Source: the human T2T-CHM13v2.0 reference genome, Homo sapiens
NCBI RefSeq assembly: GCF_009914755.1
Contig: NC_060936.1
DNA length: 64,000 nt
Reading direction: 5' to 3' (one strand)
The notes under the pieces were generated by a model. The model saw only the letters and a program-made list of their open reading frames with translations, did not search any database and was not told the origin of the DNA. The translations under genes and the position numbers were made by a program. The stretch's first letter is position 1. Every line of letters begins with the position of its first letter. Positions 11,929 to 25,435 of the stretch are shown one piece after another.

Positions 11929-12889
11929 TTCACTGAAAAGAATACATTGCCATGTAAATATATTGTTTTAATTAGGAAAAAAATAAAGCATGACCAAATT
12001 CCACGTGTTTTCAGTTAATAAATTTAGAAGGTATTTTTTCCAGTAGTATAGACACTTGAGGTAGTGCTATCATTTTAAAGTTTGGTGTGGTTTTTGCGCC
12101 TTCTGGTGTTTTTCTGTGAACAGTGATTGGGAACTGTTCACTTGGAAGCCAGATGTTTTCATCAGCAGAAGTCAGTGGAACCGAGGGACCAGGGAGATAG
12201 CCAGAGAGAAAACTGTAGCTGAAAACCACTTTTAGGATACTGTTGTTTTCATTGACTTGGCTTCATTAGAGTGACACATGTGTGTCACGATGCCCTAGCA
12301 CCGTGAGAACCATGGAGCCTGCTTAAAAAGAGATCAATGAAAGCCAAAAATCCGGCTGCCTGCTGAGAGGCTGCTCAGGGGAGGTGGGAGAGGCAGGAAG
12401 CAAATCATGGCATGGAGCTCTCTGCACAACTCCCAGGATGTGCTGCCAGCACCCCCTCCCGAAAGTTAATTACAGCTAGAGCTCTTCTCTGACCTCAGAT
12501 GTTTTCCAAACACAAAATGAATTTTTTAGAACCTACAGAATGTAAGTTAAGATCTCTGCTGCTTGCTTAAGGGACTGTTGGAATCCTTTTCAGAGCTTTC
12601 CAGCCTTGTTAGGACTGCTTGGTCATTTATTATTGGCATGTGGGTGGACATCTAACTCACAGCTGCTATTTCACAAACAGTAATAATATTGAGGCCACTT
12701 GGTGAAATCAAAACAACACTAGAGTTCTGGCTGTCTTCTTTCCATCTATAAAACAAGGATATCCTGAGTGCAGTGAGAGGGCCTGGAATGTGTGGTATGA
12801 TAGTTGTGGCTCTGCGGAGACCTTCCTCCTGTGTTTCAGGGCATTGCTGACATGCTGTACCCTTTGGTCTTGCCTTCCATGTACCACAG

Positions 12890-13021
12890 GATCGATAAAC
12901 AAATAAGCAGGTTTCGGAGATGGTTACCTAAGAAGCCAATGAGGCTGGACAAGGAGACACTGCCAGACCTGGAGGAGAATGACTGCTACACTGCCCCTTT
13001 CAGCCAGCAAAGGATCCATCA
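12890..13021 (+). CDS. ANO4: ANO4 internal coding exon, 132 nt, phase 2-2, IDKQISRFRRWLPKKPMRLDKETLPDLEENDCYTAPFSQQRIH
   Basis: Acceptor ttgccttccatgtaccacag; donor gtgagt at 13022. Peptide appears in ORF 12804..13025 and matches recalled ANO4. Confidence 0.96.
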
Positions 13022-13169
13022 GTGAGTGTTCCATGTTAAAGCCCCATCTCACTAAGGATGTGCAGCTGTGGTAGAGCCTCACCCTGCACGCCTTTGATTC
13101 CTGGGCATGAGGAAGGAACAGCATAGTGCCCTTCTCCCCTAAAAGTCTTGTGAGTGTTCATATCCCTTT

Positions 13170-13390
13170 TATTTCAGTCAGGGGAAGATAACTGCTGTAA
13201 CCAACAATCCCTGCATCTCAGTGGCTTAAGATGATACAATGCTTGCTCATGTGTGTGTTGGGTAAATGATCTTCTCCACAGAAAGGCAGTGACCCAGGCT
13301 CTGTCATTCTCATTGCTCTGCCAACTCCCTGTGCACGGAGCCCCCTGCAGGCTCATCTGCATCTAGCCAGCAGACAGGAGGAGTGGCCTA
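13170..13390 (-). mobile_element. Old MaLR LTR fragment (MLT1J/K/L-like)
   Basis: ctgctgtaaccaacaatccc...tctcagtggctta motif. Confidence 0.45.
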
Positions 13391-13941
13391 CACCTTTTCC
13401 CATTGAAAAGAGGGTTTTTTGTTTTCCGGTTTTTGTTTTATCTTGGTTCACTTCTCAGTTCCCCTTTCTTCAGCAGTTCACTGGGTTGCCTTAGGAAAAG
13501 CCACATCACCTGGCAGCCCACTTGCTGAGTCATCTGTCAGATTGTCTCAGAATGGTTATTTGTCACTTTTGACATGGGGGGAGGAAAAACAAGTTGGCTA
13601 AGTCACTGAGCCTGTGAGGAACTGCAAAAATGAAAGAGAATTTACTCTGAAGCTTCTGAGATGACAAGAAATGATGGCTGGATGCAGGGCAGGGCAGGCA
13701 GGAGGACAGAAAAGCCTGCCGTGTGCTGGAGACTGTAAACAATAGGAGAAACACAGCCTCTCAGTGGAGGCAGAGATCAGGTCAGCCCCACCTCCCTTGC
13801 AACAAGATCAGGAATTCCAGGCCCTCTTGCTCCAGCAGTAGTGACAGCCTCCATAAAAATGACTTACCTGGAGGGAAGAAAAGGGTGATGGATTTAAAAA
13901 AAAAAAAAAAAAGGTTGCTGATTTTGTGAGAAAGTAAACCA

Positions 13942-14280
<339 letters not shown>

Positions 14281-14856
14281 TCAAGAAGTTGCAGGGAGTG
14301 CCAGGTGGGGACATATTTCAGCAACAGAAAAACGGTTAAAGTCTGTGGAGCTCTGCAGGGCAAAGGGGAAAAGAAAAATCAAAGAATAGATGTTCTGAAT
14401 CAAAAATGTGTAACAGTAAGAGCAGTCTAATGCAGGGGAAGCAACTCTGTACGCCTCTGAAATAGCCGAGCTGATCCCCACAGGTCAGATTAAAGCCAAC
14501 CCAGCTGCAGTATGTGAACATTTGAAAGGGTCATTGAAGCAAACATGGAATTCACAGACTGGCCTCAAAATCTTAGTTCGATCCTCAAGAGAAAGTGGGA
14601 ACTGGAAGGGACATAATGTTAATTCAGAGATCAGGGTGTTTTCTTAAGAGAAAAAGACAGAAAAAAGCTGATACGTTCCCATTCTTAATTTAAACCCCTA
14701 CCATGTCTCTCTTGTTCATCTTGGAAGTTTTTTAGACAATGAGTTGTTTCCCTAATTCTTCCGGAATGATGTCTGGTTTACAGGCAGGTTTTCCCTGTGC
14801 TTCTACCTGTTTATGATAGAGTTCCTAGCACAGTGCAGAAGGGTATCACCAATTTT

Positions 14857-15415
14857 GGATGATGGATGGATGGATACATTGATAGGTTGCTGGGTGGGTG
14901 GGTGGATGGATGGATGGATGGATGGATGGATGGATGGATGGATGGATACATGGATAGGTCACTGGATGGATGGATAGATGGATGGATGGATGGATGGATG
15001 GATGGATGGATGGATGGATGGATACATGGATAAGTCACTGGATGGATGAGTGGATACATGGATACATCACCAGATGGATGGATGGGTGGATAGATGGATG
15101 GATATATGGATGGATGGATGGATGGATGGATGGATGGATGGATGGATGGATGGATAGATGGATGGATAGTGTATATGGATAGGTCACTGAATGGATGGTT
15201 GGGTATACACATGGATAGGTCACCAGATGGATGGATGGATGGATGGGTGGATGGATGGATGGATGGATGGATAGTGTACCTGGATAGGTCACTGAATGAA
15301 TGGATGGGTATATACATGGATAGGTCACCAGATGGATGGATGGATGGATGGATGGATGGATGGATGGATGGATGGATGGATGGATGGACAGATGGATGAA
15401 TAGATACATGGATGG
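14857..15415 (+). repeat. Complex (GGAT)n tandem repeat with higher-order unit
   Basis: GGAT arrays punctuated by (A)CATGGATAGGTCAC units; 105-bp period between 15166 and 15271. Confidence 0.95.
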
Positions 15416-15904
15416 GTATAGGAGTGGTTGTGTAGGTGTATAAATGAATAGAGGAATAAATGAAGTAAGTGGTATACACTCTGGGATTTTATTTCACTTC
15501 AAAGGGAGGATATATGAGATATAGGTAAATGGAAGAAAAAAATGAATGAATATATGGATAGATGGATGGATAAATTAGTGAAGTATGTGATGTGTGCTCT
15601 GGTATTTTGTTTCACTTCAAAGGGTTATAGGTGTATGGAAGAGGAGGGTTTCCCACCTCCTCTTTTCATGCTGTTTATATTCTACAGTGTTCTTGCTTTA
15701 GAACAATACTTCTCAGCGTGATTCTTAAAGTCAGAAGCCCTTGGATACCCAGTAGAATTTCTAGGGACTAGAACTGAGAATCATATTTTTGGAAGTATTT
15801 AAAAATATATAATAAATGAGGGATGATTAGATTAGGGATATTTAGCCAACTCTCTCACATATTTGAGAAGCCCTTTTGACATGCTTTGGTATTAATTTGT
15901 CAAA

Positions 15905-16330
15905 TAATTGATTTATTCAATAGTCACTAATTTAGTGTTCACTTCTTGCCAGGCACTGTCTGGGTACAGAGGGTATAAAGATAAACAATACTCAGTTTGG
16001 ACCCTGGTGTAGTAAAGATGCAGACTATTTTAAATAATTGTAAACAGTATGATGGGTGTGACTTAAGAGGGGGAATACTCAATTCTCCAGATTTGGAGGG
16101 AGGTTGGTAAGTGATGAGGATTGATCACAAGAGAATGCTTGATATGGGTCTTGAAGGATAAGACTTGCCCAAGTGGATAAGGGGCGAAAGGCATCCCAAG
16201 AGGAGACAGTAACGTGTGTATAAATGAACGAAGGCGTGAAATAGGATGGAGTGTTTTGAGGAACCACAAGTAGCCTTCTCTGAGTAAGAGCATAGGTTTG
16301 TGAGGAGGACCTAGTGTTGTTTGAAAAAAG
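15905..16330 (-). mobile_element. L2 3' fragment
   Basis: atttattcaa...tgccaggcactgtctgggtacagagg antisense L2 end. Confidence 0.6.
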
Positions 16331-17229
16331 AGAGTGATCAATGGAAGATGAGATATCAAGACAGGAGAACCAAGGAAGAAAAAGCAGAGGACAGCTGGAA
16401 TGAATCAAACCGAAGAACCAGACCTCAGTGGGACCAAGAGAATAGAGGCAATTTTATCGTGTAAATAAGAGGTGAAAAATTAAATAAGTGTCTTGAATAT
16501 TATGAGTGGTGAGGATTTATTTCTCTTTGAAAATTGCCATGTCACATAGATAGCATCCCTCGGGTGTATAAAAGTATGACTTGAAGAATGCTGGCTGTCA
16601 AATTGGAAACAATTGTTGGGTACAATCAGAAAAGAATTCCCTAAGGATGTTTTGAGAGTGACATTAATGGATTTAAATTAATCAGAAGTAGCTGGTTAAT
16701 AAGCTCTGGGAATTATAGCATGATATTCCTGGCTTTCCAAATATAGTCCAAAATCCCATGTGACTTCTTAGTTTTCCAGAATGTTTCATATTGTGTTTTT
16801 CTTGGAATACAAGCTAATAATAGAAATGTAAGTGTGTTCGTTAGGGGGTGAGGTGGGAGGAGGGCATGAAAATAGTAAAAAAAAAAAAAAAAAAAAAGAG
16901 AAAAACATTGAAAGTTTAATAAGTGTTTCATCAGAGACATTTCCCACTGAAAAACCTTTCGAGATTTTCCAACCTCCACCCCCAATTCTGGTTGAGATGT
17001 ACTCATCTATGTTTTAGTAATATTTTTCTTTTCCTTAACCAATATTACCACCCATTTTAATTACTTTCTCCAAGTCTAGAGACTCCTTGAAAGACTATGC
17101 CTTTCTCACTCATTTTTGAATCCCATAGTAAGTGCTTAATAATGATTTTTTAAATGAAAAAATAAATGAATAGATAGAAACAAAAGTAGGAGAATCATGT
17201 AAGTAAAGAATAAAGCTGATGTGAAGTCA

Positions 17230-18165
17230 GCTGACTGCACACTCATCTCAAACCAAATCCAAGATACCTTCTTTTCAAATGTAGACTACCTCCATTGTTC
17301 CCTGTCTCAGTAAACAGCACTAATATTTGTCCAGTTGCTGAAACTGGAGTCTGGAAGCTATTCTAGACACCTCTCTCATCTCTGCTTCTTACAAGTTATA
17401 CATCTCCACGGATTGATGATTTTACATCCTAAATATCTCTATACTTCAGACTTTGTCACTGTATTTCACTTGAAATTCAGAAATAATATAACAGGTCTCC
17501 CTGGTTTTACTCTTGTCACCACCAATCCATTCTCTCAGGTGCATACTGCATGGTGTCTTCAAAATGTGCATCTAATCATGTCACTTCATTCTCTTTAAAA
17601 ACTTTAGACACCAAAATTATTACTATGACTTACAAGCTCTTAAATGCCTACCTGCACTGCCATCCCCTCTCCAGCCTCATCTGCCTTTCTTGCCTCCCAC
17701 TCTTCATTTGTTGTGATCCAGACACATGCAGCCTCTCCTCTCTCAGCTCTTTGGATATACTCTGCCCCAGGACATTTGCATATGTTGTTTCCTCTCCTGG
17801 AATTCTCTTCCGATTCTTTCCTTCTTCATGTAGTATGCTGTTATTCATCCTCCAGAACTCAGCTCCAAAGACTCCTGCTATGGAAGCCTCCCCTGACCCT
17901 CTCCTTCCCCACTAATCCTTCCAAAGATTGGGTCTCTGTTCTATACTGTTGTAGTTAATGTTTCCTAGATAACATTTTTTTAACAATTGAAATGCTATAA
18001 TTATTTGAGTAGCATATGATTAATGCCTGTCTCTCTAGGTAAATGGTATACTCTGTGGAGCCATAGGCCATATCTGTTTTTGCCCATGATTGTATCTCCA
18101 ATACCTAACACAATACCTAGCATAAAATTGGCACACAATGCTGGTCTTCTAAATGAAGGAGTGAG
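17230..18165 (+). mobile_element. L2 fragment
   Basis: Degenerate L2 (ctcagtaaacagcac...tgcatatgttgtttcctctcctggaa...cctaacacaatacctagcata). Confidence 0.65.
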
Positions 18166-18272
18166 GATTGAAGTCAGAAAGACAGCACAGAATAATCTAA
18201 TTGTAAACCTTTATTCTTTAACTGCACTGTACAAAAATATTAAAGTTGAGAATCTATTAAAAAACAAATACC

Positions 18273-18579
<307 letters not shown>

Positions 18580-19306
18580 GCCTAGCATTCCATTTGAAAA
18601 TATATCTGTATTTAAGGAGGAAGAAAGCAAACCTGTGGGTGTACAAGTCAACATACAAATGCTACTTGGTCACTTTATATGAGCTTACCAAGGTGGGCCT
18701 ACAGGTAGAAAAATTCTTATTGTATGCCAGACACTATTTAAGAACTTTAATACAATAGTTTGAGGGCTGAGGTATTATTATTATCACCAATTTACGGATG
18801 AGGAAAGTGAGGAACAAAATGGTCAAAGAACCTGCTATAGGTCGTACACCTAGGCGAGGCTACCTGTCTAAACAACTCCCAAATATCAGCAGTAGAACAG
18901 CATAGAAGTTTACTTGTTCACAGCACTATCTAGTGTGGGTCACTCTGGGGGAAGGAGGCATATGTCTCTGATTCATGTAGTCATTCAGGTACCTAGGCTA
19001 CTGTTATCTTGTTATTCTGCCATCCCCTAAATCCCTTACAGACAAGGAAAAAGAGAGATGAGTGATTTTTTAGGAAATTTTTATGGGCCAGGCCTAAGAG
19101 TGGTATATAGCACTTTCACACACATTTCGTAGTCTAGAGCTTAGTCATGTAGTAATGCTGGGATAACTAGTCTACCTGTGTGCCCAGAAGAAAAAAAGAA
19201 GCAGATTTGCCGAATAAATAATCGCAGTCTGTCTGAGTGATAGAGCAGGAATTCAGGTTCGAACAGGAAGGCTCTAGGTCTCACCCTTATAAGCATTACG
19301 CTCTAT

Positions 19307-19550
19307 TGTGAGATTTCTCAGCCTCAGCACTAATGGCACTGGGGCTGAATAACTCCTTGTTGTAGGGAAGAGTCCTGTGCAGTGTAGGATAGTAAGCAGC
19401 ATCTTTAGCCACTAGATGCTAGTAGCATTCCCCAACCCTTTAGTTGTAAGAGAATCAAAAATGTTTCCAGACACTGCCAAATTTCCCCTGGTGGTAGTGG
19501 TGGGATGGGTACAAAATCACATCCCTTTCCTCCAGCCTTGAAAACCATGG
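19307..19550 (-). mobile_element. MER20 (hAT-Charlie)
   Basis: tttctcagcctcagcacta...aaaaatgtttccagacactgccaaat. Confidence 0.75.
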
Positions 19551-20084
19551 TTCTACTGTCTTTCATCACATGACACCCTTTAGGCAGGGCCACCCATTCT
19601 CTGTGATAAATTAAACTCTATTTGAATCTAATGACTATGACAGCCAAGTCCATTTAAGAATTAATTTATCTCTCTTCACCTCTGTGCCTGTGAATGTTGC
19701 CCTGCTTAAGTATCATTGCCCTTCATTCTTAAAATGGCATTAGCGATGACACCCTTGAGGCAATTACTTTCTAAGGTCAATACCCATAATAAAGGTTTTC
19801 TGCTGGTAGACAGAAAAAAGGAAATATGCAAGAAGAGTCGTGTTACTTTTTATAATAGATATACAGGACATTCTTTCAGGAAATAGATCAATTCTGATTG
19901 TCTTTCAGAAAAATGTGCTAGATATAGACAGAAAAATGTTCTCCCCTGCATTTTCTGTGTTTTTATTATTACCATTATTTTATTTTTGTAAACACCCATA
20001 AAAATTGAGGTTAAATTAAATACCAGTTCTTAAGAGAAGAATATGAAATTTATGCTATGCTACGTGCACATATGTTTAAATATA

Positions 20085-20870
20085 TATTCACTCATCCACG
20101 TATTCCATACCAGTTGTTGCTCTGGGTGCTTGGAGATCAACAGTAAACAGAAAGGCAAAAATTCCTGCCCTCCTGGAGCTTACATTGTAGCTGGGTGTAA
20201 CTGGTAATAAATTATAAACCAGCAGTTGTCAGTGAGGGGTAATTTGACAACGTCTAGAAAAATTTTTGGTTGTCACAAGTTAGGAGTGGAGATTGCGACT
20301 AGTGTCTAACGTGTAGAGGCCAGGGATGCTGCTGAACATCCTGTAATGCACCCAACAGCTCCCCACAACAAAAAATTATCCAGCCTCAAAAGTCACTATT
20401 AGTGTGCTGAGGTAAACATTTTTTGAAGTCAATTTAAAAGCAAGTGAAAAGGGGATAAATGCTATGGGAACAGAGAAAAAGAGGGTGGGGTGAGGGGAAT
20501 GGGGAGGACTGCATGGGGGTGGGGGTGCAGGTTGTATTTCCAAAAGACAGTGTTTCAGTTCTTCAAGGCAGGCCTCCTACAGAAGGTGTGATTGGAAAAA
20601 ATCTTGCAGGAGGTGAGAAGGGCAGAGAGAGTTCCAAGAGGGGAACAGAAAACAAAACCAAGGCCCTAATCTGGGAGAAGCTCTGATTGTGTTTGGGGAA
20701 GAGAACAAAGACCTTGTGGCTGGAGCAGAAATACCAAGGAGAACAACAATAGTGATGAGTTAGAGGCGTGGGAGGGAGCCTGATCCTGTAAGGCCTGTGG
20801 GCTTTTACAGAGGAATGACGTGGTCTGACTTAACTTTTGACAGTGTCATTCTGACTGCTCTGGCAACTGC
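20085..20870 (-). mobile_element. L2 interrupted by MER20
   Basis: cctgccctcctggagcttacatt L2 motif; resumes after ~20440. Confidence 0.55.
20221..20417 (+). mobile_element. MER20 (hAT-Charlie)
   Basis: tttttggttgtcacaa...gtagaggccagggatgctgctgaacatcctgtaatgcac. Confidence 0.8.
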
Positions 20871-21662
20871 AGTCATCCGTGTGAAGCATGATGTATTTAT
20901 ATTTTTTCAAGTTTCTATCTTTTCAAAATCAATAATGAAAATACATGCCACATATAACTCAGCATTGACCCATTTCTTTGCAAAGCTTTTGTGTTGTACA
21001 CAAAATGTTTTAACTCATGTACTGTGCATGTATGAAACAGATATTATTGAAAGACCCCTTGAAATAAAGTCTGCCTTTAAAAGGCACAGATTTTATGTGA
21101 AATAAAATCACATGGCTTTAGACTCCTACTTTCATCTCCTACTAGACCGTGAGCTACCTGAGGACAGGAGCTATGTGCCTGGGAGCAAGGGGCACCCAGG
21201 GAATGTTTGTGAGACCAAAGAGAACAGGAAAGGAGCAAGGCAGAATTGGCATTGTTACCGCTGGGGGACAGAGCCAGGGCTCTGGAGCCAGCTTCTCTGA
21301 TCTTGATGCAGCATCTAAAAACTGTAGAATATTTAGAAGAGAAGTGAAAAATGCGGTCAACCACAATGGTCAATTGTGGTTTCCATGTCCAACTTGAACT
21401 TTCCCTTGACTTGATTCAGTTTTGGCTTTAGTTCTGCTAACTGATAATCTATCTTCTCTATCAAACATTTTACGGCCATTAAATTCTGTTATCAGGATTC
21501 ACATCTGATACTAAGATATTTAATTCATGCATCACACTTTTTAATTATGTGTGATGTGTAGTATACAAAATGGGCATTATAAAAAGACCACCTGACACAA
21601 AATTTGCTTTCACGCCTTTTTCTGCTTCTATGCTGTGAGCTAGGGCATAAGAAAAAAGTCTA

Positions 21663-22069
<407 letters not shown>

Positions 22070-22416
22070 AAGAATGGGAAATTGTTGCTGGAGGGACAGT
22101 GAGTGGGAGATTCTCTGAGATTCTCTGTAACATCCCTTTGATTGTCTTCTTATCTTTTGACTGTTCTCAGCAGAAAAGGCAGCAAGTTAAAGCCAGTAGT
22201 GATCAGCCAATCAAACAGTGGTAGCACCAATGGCAACAATAAAAATGATAGCAACCACTGTTTACTAAACAACTCCTTCATTCCAGGGTTACACCATAGG
22301 TATATTACAAGTCTGTGAGGGTAAGGGTAGAATAATGATGGTCAGAGAGGCTGAGTGACTTGCTCATGGTTGCTCTGGTCACTGTTAGATGAGTGAACAG
22401 AAAGAAGTGTCTTTTC

Positions 22417-22795
<379 letters not shown>

Positions 22796-23363
22796 CTAGG
22801 GATAAGCCTGTGCATGTGAAGACATCTGATTTCCTTTGGAATTTATTGTTAAAGCATTCGAGATGCATTAAACAGACATGAAATAAAATGGTAAAAATAT
22901 AAATGAATATTCTGAACCAAGGAGAATATAAGTTAAAGTAGGCATTCAAGTTCAGGGAAAAAGTAGGCTCAGATTTGCAGGCCTCAGTGGCCTATGTATC
23001 TGTAATGGTTGACGAATAAACTAGAAAATTGGCCTTTACACCAAAGGGGCCAAGCGGAAGGGAGAAACGTAGTAACTCATGTGATTCTGATTGTCAGAGA
23101 CGAAGAAAACCAATACCATAGGTAATGGGTTGCTTTTTGACTCTGAAATAAAATTCTTGCACAGGGTCATTGGAGTGGACAGTGAAATAGTGATATGGTG
23201 GACAGTATCCCTGGTAACCTCTTTATCACAGGTGCCTTGCAGGACTTTTCTGAAGGCTGTTTCTGGTAGTCCCATCAGCATGGTTCTGAAGACTTAACTG
23301 CTCATGGCCATAACTTTCTGTGAGAGTTTAGGCAAGGTATCCAGCAAAATACTGCAGTATACC

Positions 23364-23741
23364 TGTGATGGTTAATACTGACTGTAAACTTGATTGGATT
23401 GAAGGATGCAAAGTGTTGATCCTGGGTGTGTCTGTGAGGCCAAAATAGATTAACATTTGAGTCAGTGGGCTGGGGAAGGCAGACCCACCCTTAATCTGGG
23501 TGGGCACCACCAAATCAGCTGACAGTGAACATAAAGCAGGCAGAAAAAACGTGAAGAGGCGAGACTGGCCTAGTCTCCTAGCCTACATCTCCCTCCCGTG
23601 CTGGATGCTTCCTGCCCTTGAACGTGAGACTCCAAGTTCTTAAGTCTTGGGACTCAGACTGGCTCTCCTTGCTCCTCGGCTTGCAGGCAGCCTATTGTGG
23701 GACCTTGTGATCATGTGAGTTAATACTTAATAAACTCCCCT

Positions 23742-23782
<41 letters not shown>

Positions 23783-23825
23783 CATCCTATTAGTTCTGTC
23801 CCTCTAGAGAACCCTGACTAATACA
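23364..23825 (+). mobile_element. MLT2A1/A2 (HERV-L) solo LTR with internal (TATC)n
   Basis: tgtgatggttaatactga...ctctagagaaccctgactaataca; TSD atacc/acacc. Confidence 0.92.
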
Positions 23826-24224
23826 ACACCCAAACTAATCTAGTTGTCTTTGTTGTTTGAACTGTATTCTTTAAAAACTAAATTTGAAAACTGATCAAAA
23901 AGCAAATAACATCACATTCTAGTTGAAAATGGTTCCATGTTTGAGAAACAATAGAAGCTAACCAGTGGGTACACATCTCTATACGTCAATGCATAAAGCC
24001 CTTCGTCATTTTATATCTTATCACAAGAGCTAGGCCTACAGGCTGCCCATCAGCCATGATTGTATGGCCACCTAAACATCTGACCCCACAGAAAGCTCTC
24101 TCACACTAGCCAGCTATGGAAACTCAGGTTGTCAATATTAGAGTCAGTCATTCCAGGAGGCCCCTCTCAAAACTCAATTTCAGAAAAGGTCATTTCAATA
24201 GAACCATATGAAATTTATTATAGG

Positions 24225-24450
24225 AATATGATAGCTAACATTCATATAGTGCTTAGTGGGTTCCAAGTACTTCACGGTTATAAACTCATTTAGTCCTGTG
24301 AGTAAGGTATCGTCATTATCCCCATTTTTACAGAGGAGGAACCTGGGGCACAGAAGGGTTAAGTAACTTATCCAATGTCAAACAGTTGGTAAGAGGTAGG
24401 GCCTGGATTTCAAGGCCAAGCATTCTGGCCCCAGTCTTATCTTTTTAACA
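24225..24450 (-). mobile_element. MIR
   Basis: attatccccatttttacagaggaggaacctggggcacagaagggttaagtaactt. Confidence 0.8.
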
Positions 24451-24452
24451 TT

Positions 24453-24971
24453 GCATGTTAGTTTTCTATGGCTGCTATAACAAATTATCACTGACTTAAC
24501 TGTTTAAAACAACAAAATTTATCATCTTACAATTCTGAAGGCTAGGGTGCAACATGGGTGACACTGAGCTAATTAAGGTATGTCAAGGCTGCACTCCTTT
24601 CTGGAGGAGAATCTATTTCTTTGCCTTTTCTAATTTCTGGAAGCTACTACATTCCTTAGCCCATGGCTTCTTCCTTTATCTTTAAAGCCAGCAACGGTAG
24701 TTGAGTCCTTCTCACATCACATCACTCTGACTTTGCTTCTGTCTTCACATCTTTTTCTTCTCTGACTCTTTTGCTTTCCTCTTCCATTTTTAGGGACCCT
24801 TGTGATTATATTGTACCTATCTAAATAATCCAGGTAATCTCCCTGTCTTAAGGTCAGCTGATTAGCAACTTTAATTCCATCTGCATCATTAATTCCTCTT
24901 TGCCATATTGCTTAACATTCTGAGGATGAGGATGTGGATATCTTTGGAGGGCCATAATATTGCCTATCACA
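24453..24971 (-). mobile_element. MLT1D solo LTR
   Basis: aaggtcagctgattagcaactttaattccatctgc; ends tgcctatcaca. Confidence 0.8.
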
Positions 24972-25129
24972 GCTGTACAAATTTGCCAATCCAAAAAGTG
25001 CCAAGGGTTGGGACAGAGGACAGGAAAGTTTTGATGGGAAAAAAGAAGGAAAGAAAAGAGAGAGGGAGAGAGGAAGGTGGCAATAGGATTTGGGGACATT
25101 AAATGAAATGACATATGTAAAAGACTTAG

Positions 25130-25435
<306 letters not shown>

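Noticed and set aside
12804-12889. N-terminal part of the 73-aa ORF 12804..13025
   Set aside because: Intronic read-through upstream of the acceptor; only 12890-13021 matches ANO4.
14940-15335. CRISPR-like repeat-spacer appearance of the GGATAGGTCAC units
   Set aside because: Eukaryotic intron; the spacers are GGAT arrays, not unique sequence; no cas genes.
14811-15479. 222-aa and overlapping HPSI/MDGW-repeat ORFs
   Set aside because: Simple translation of the stop-poor (GGAT)n repeat; no splice or coding evidence.
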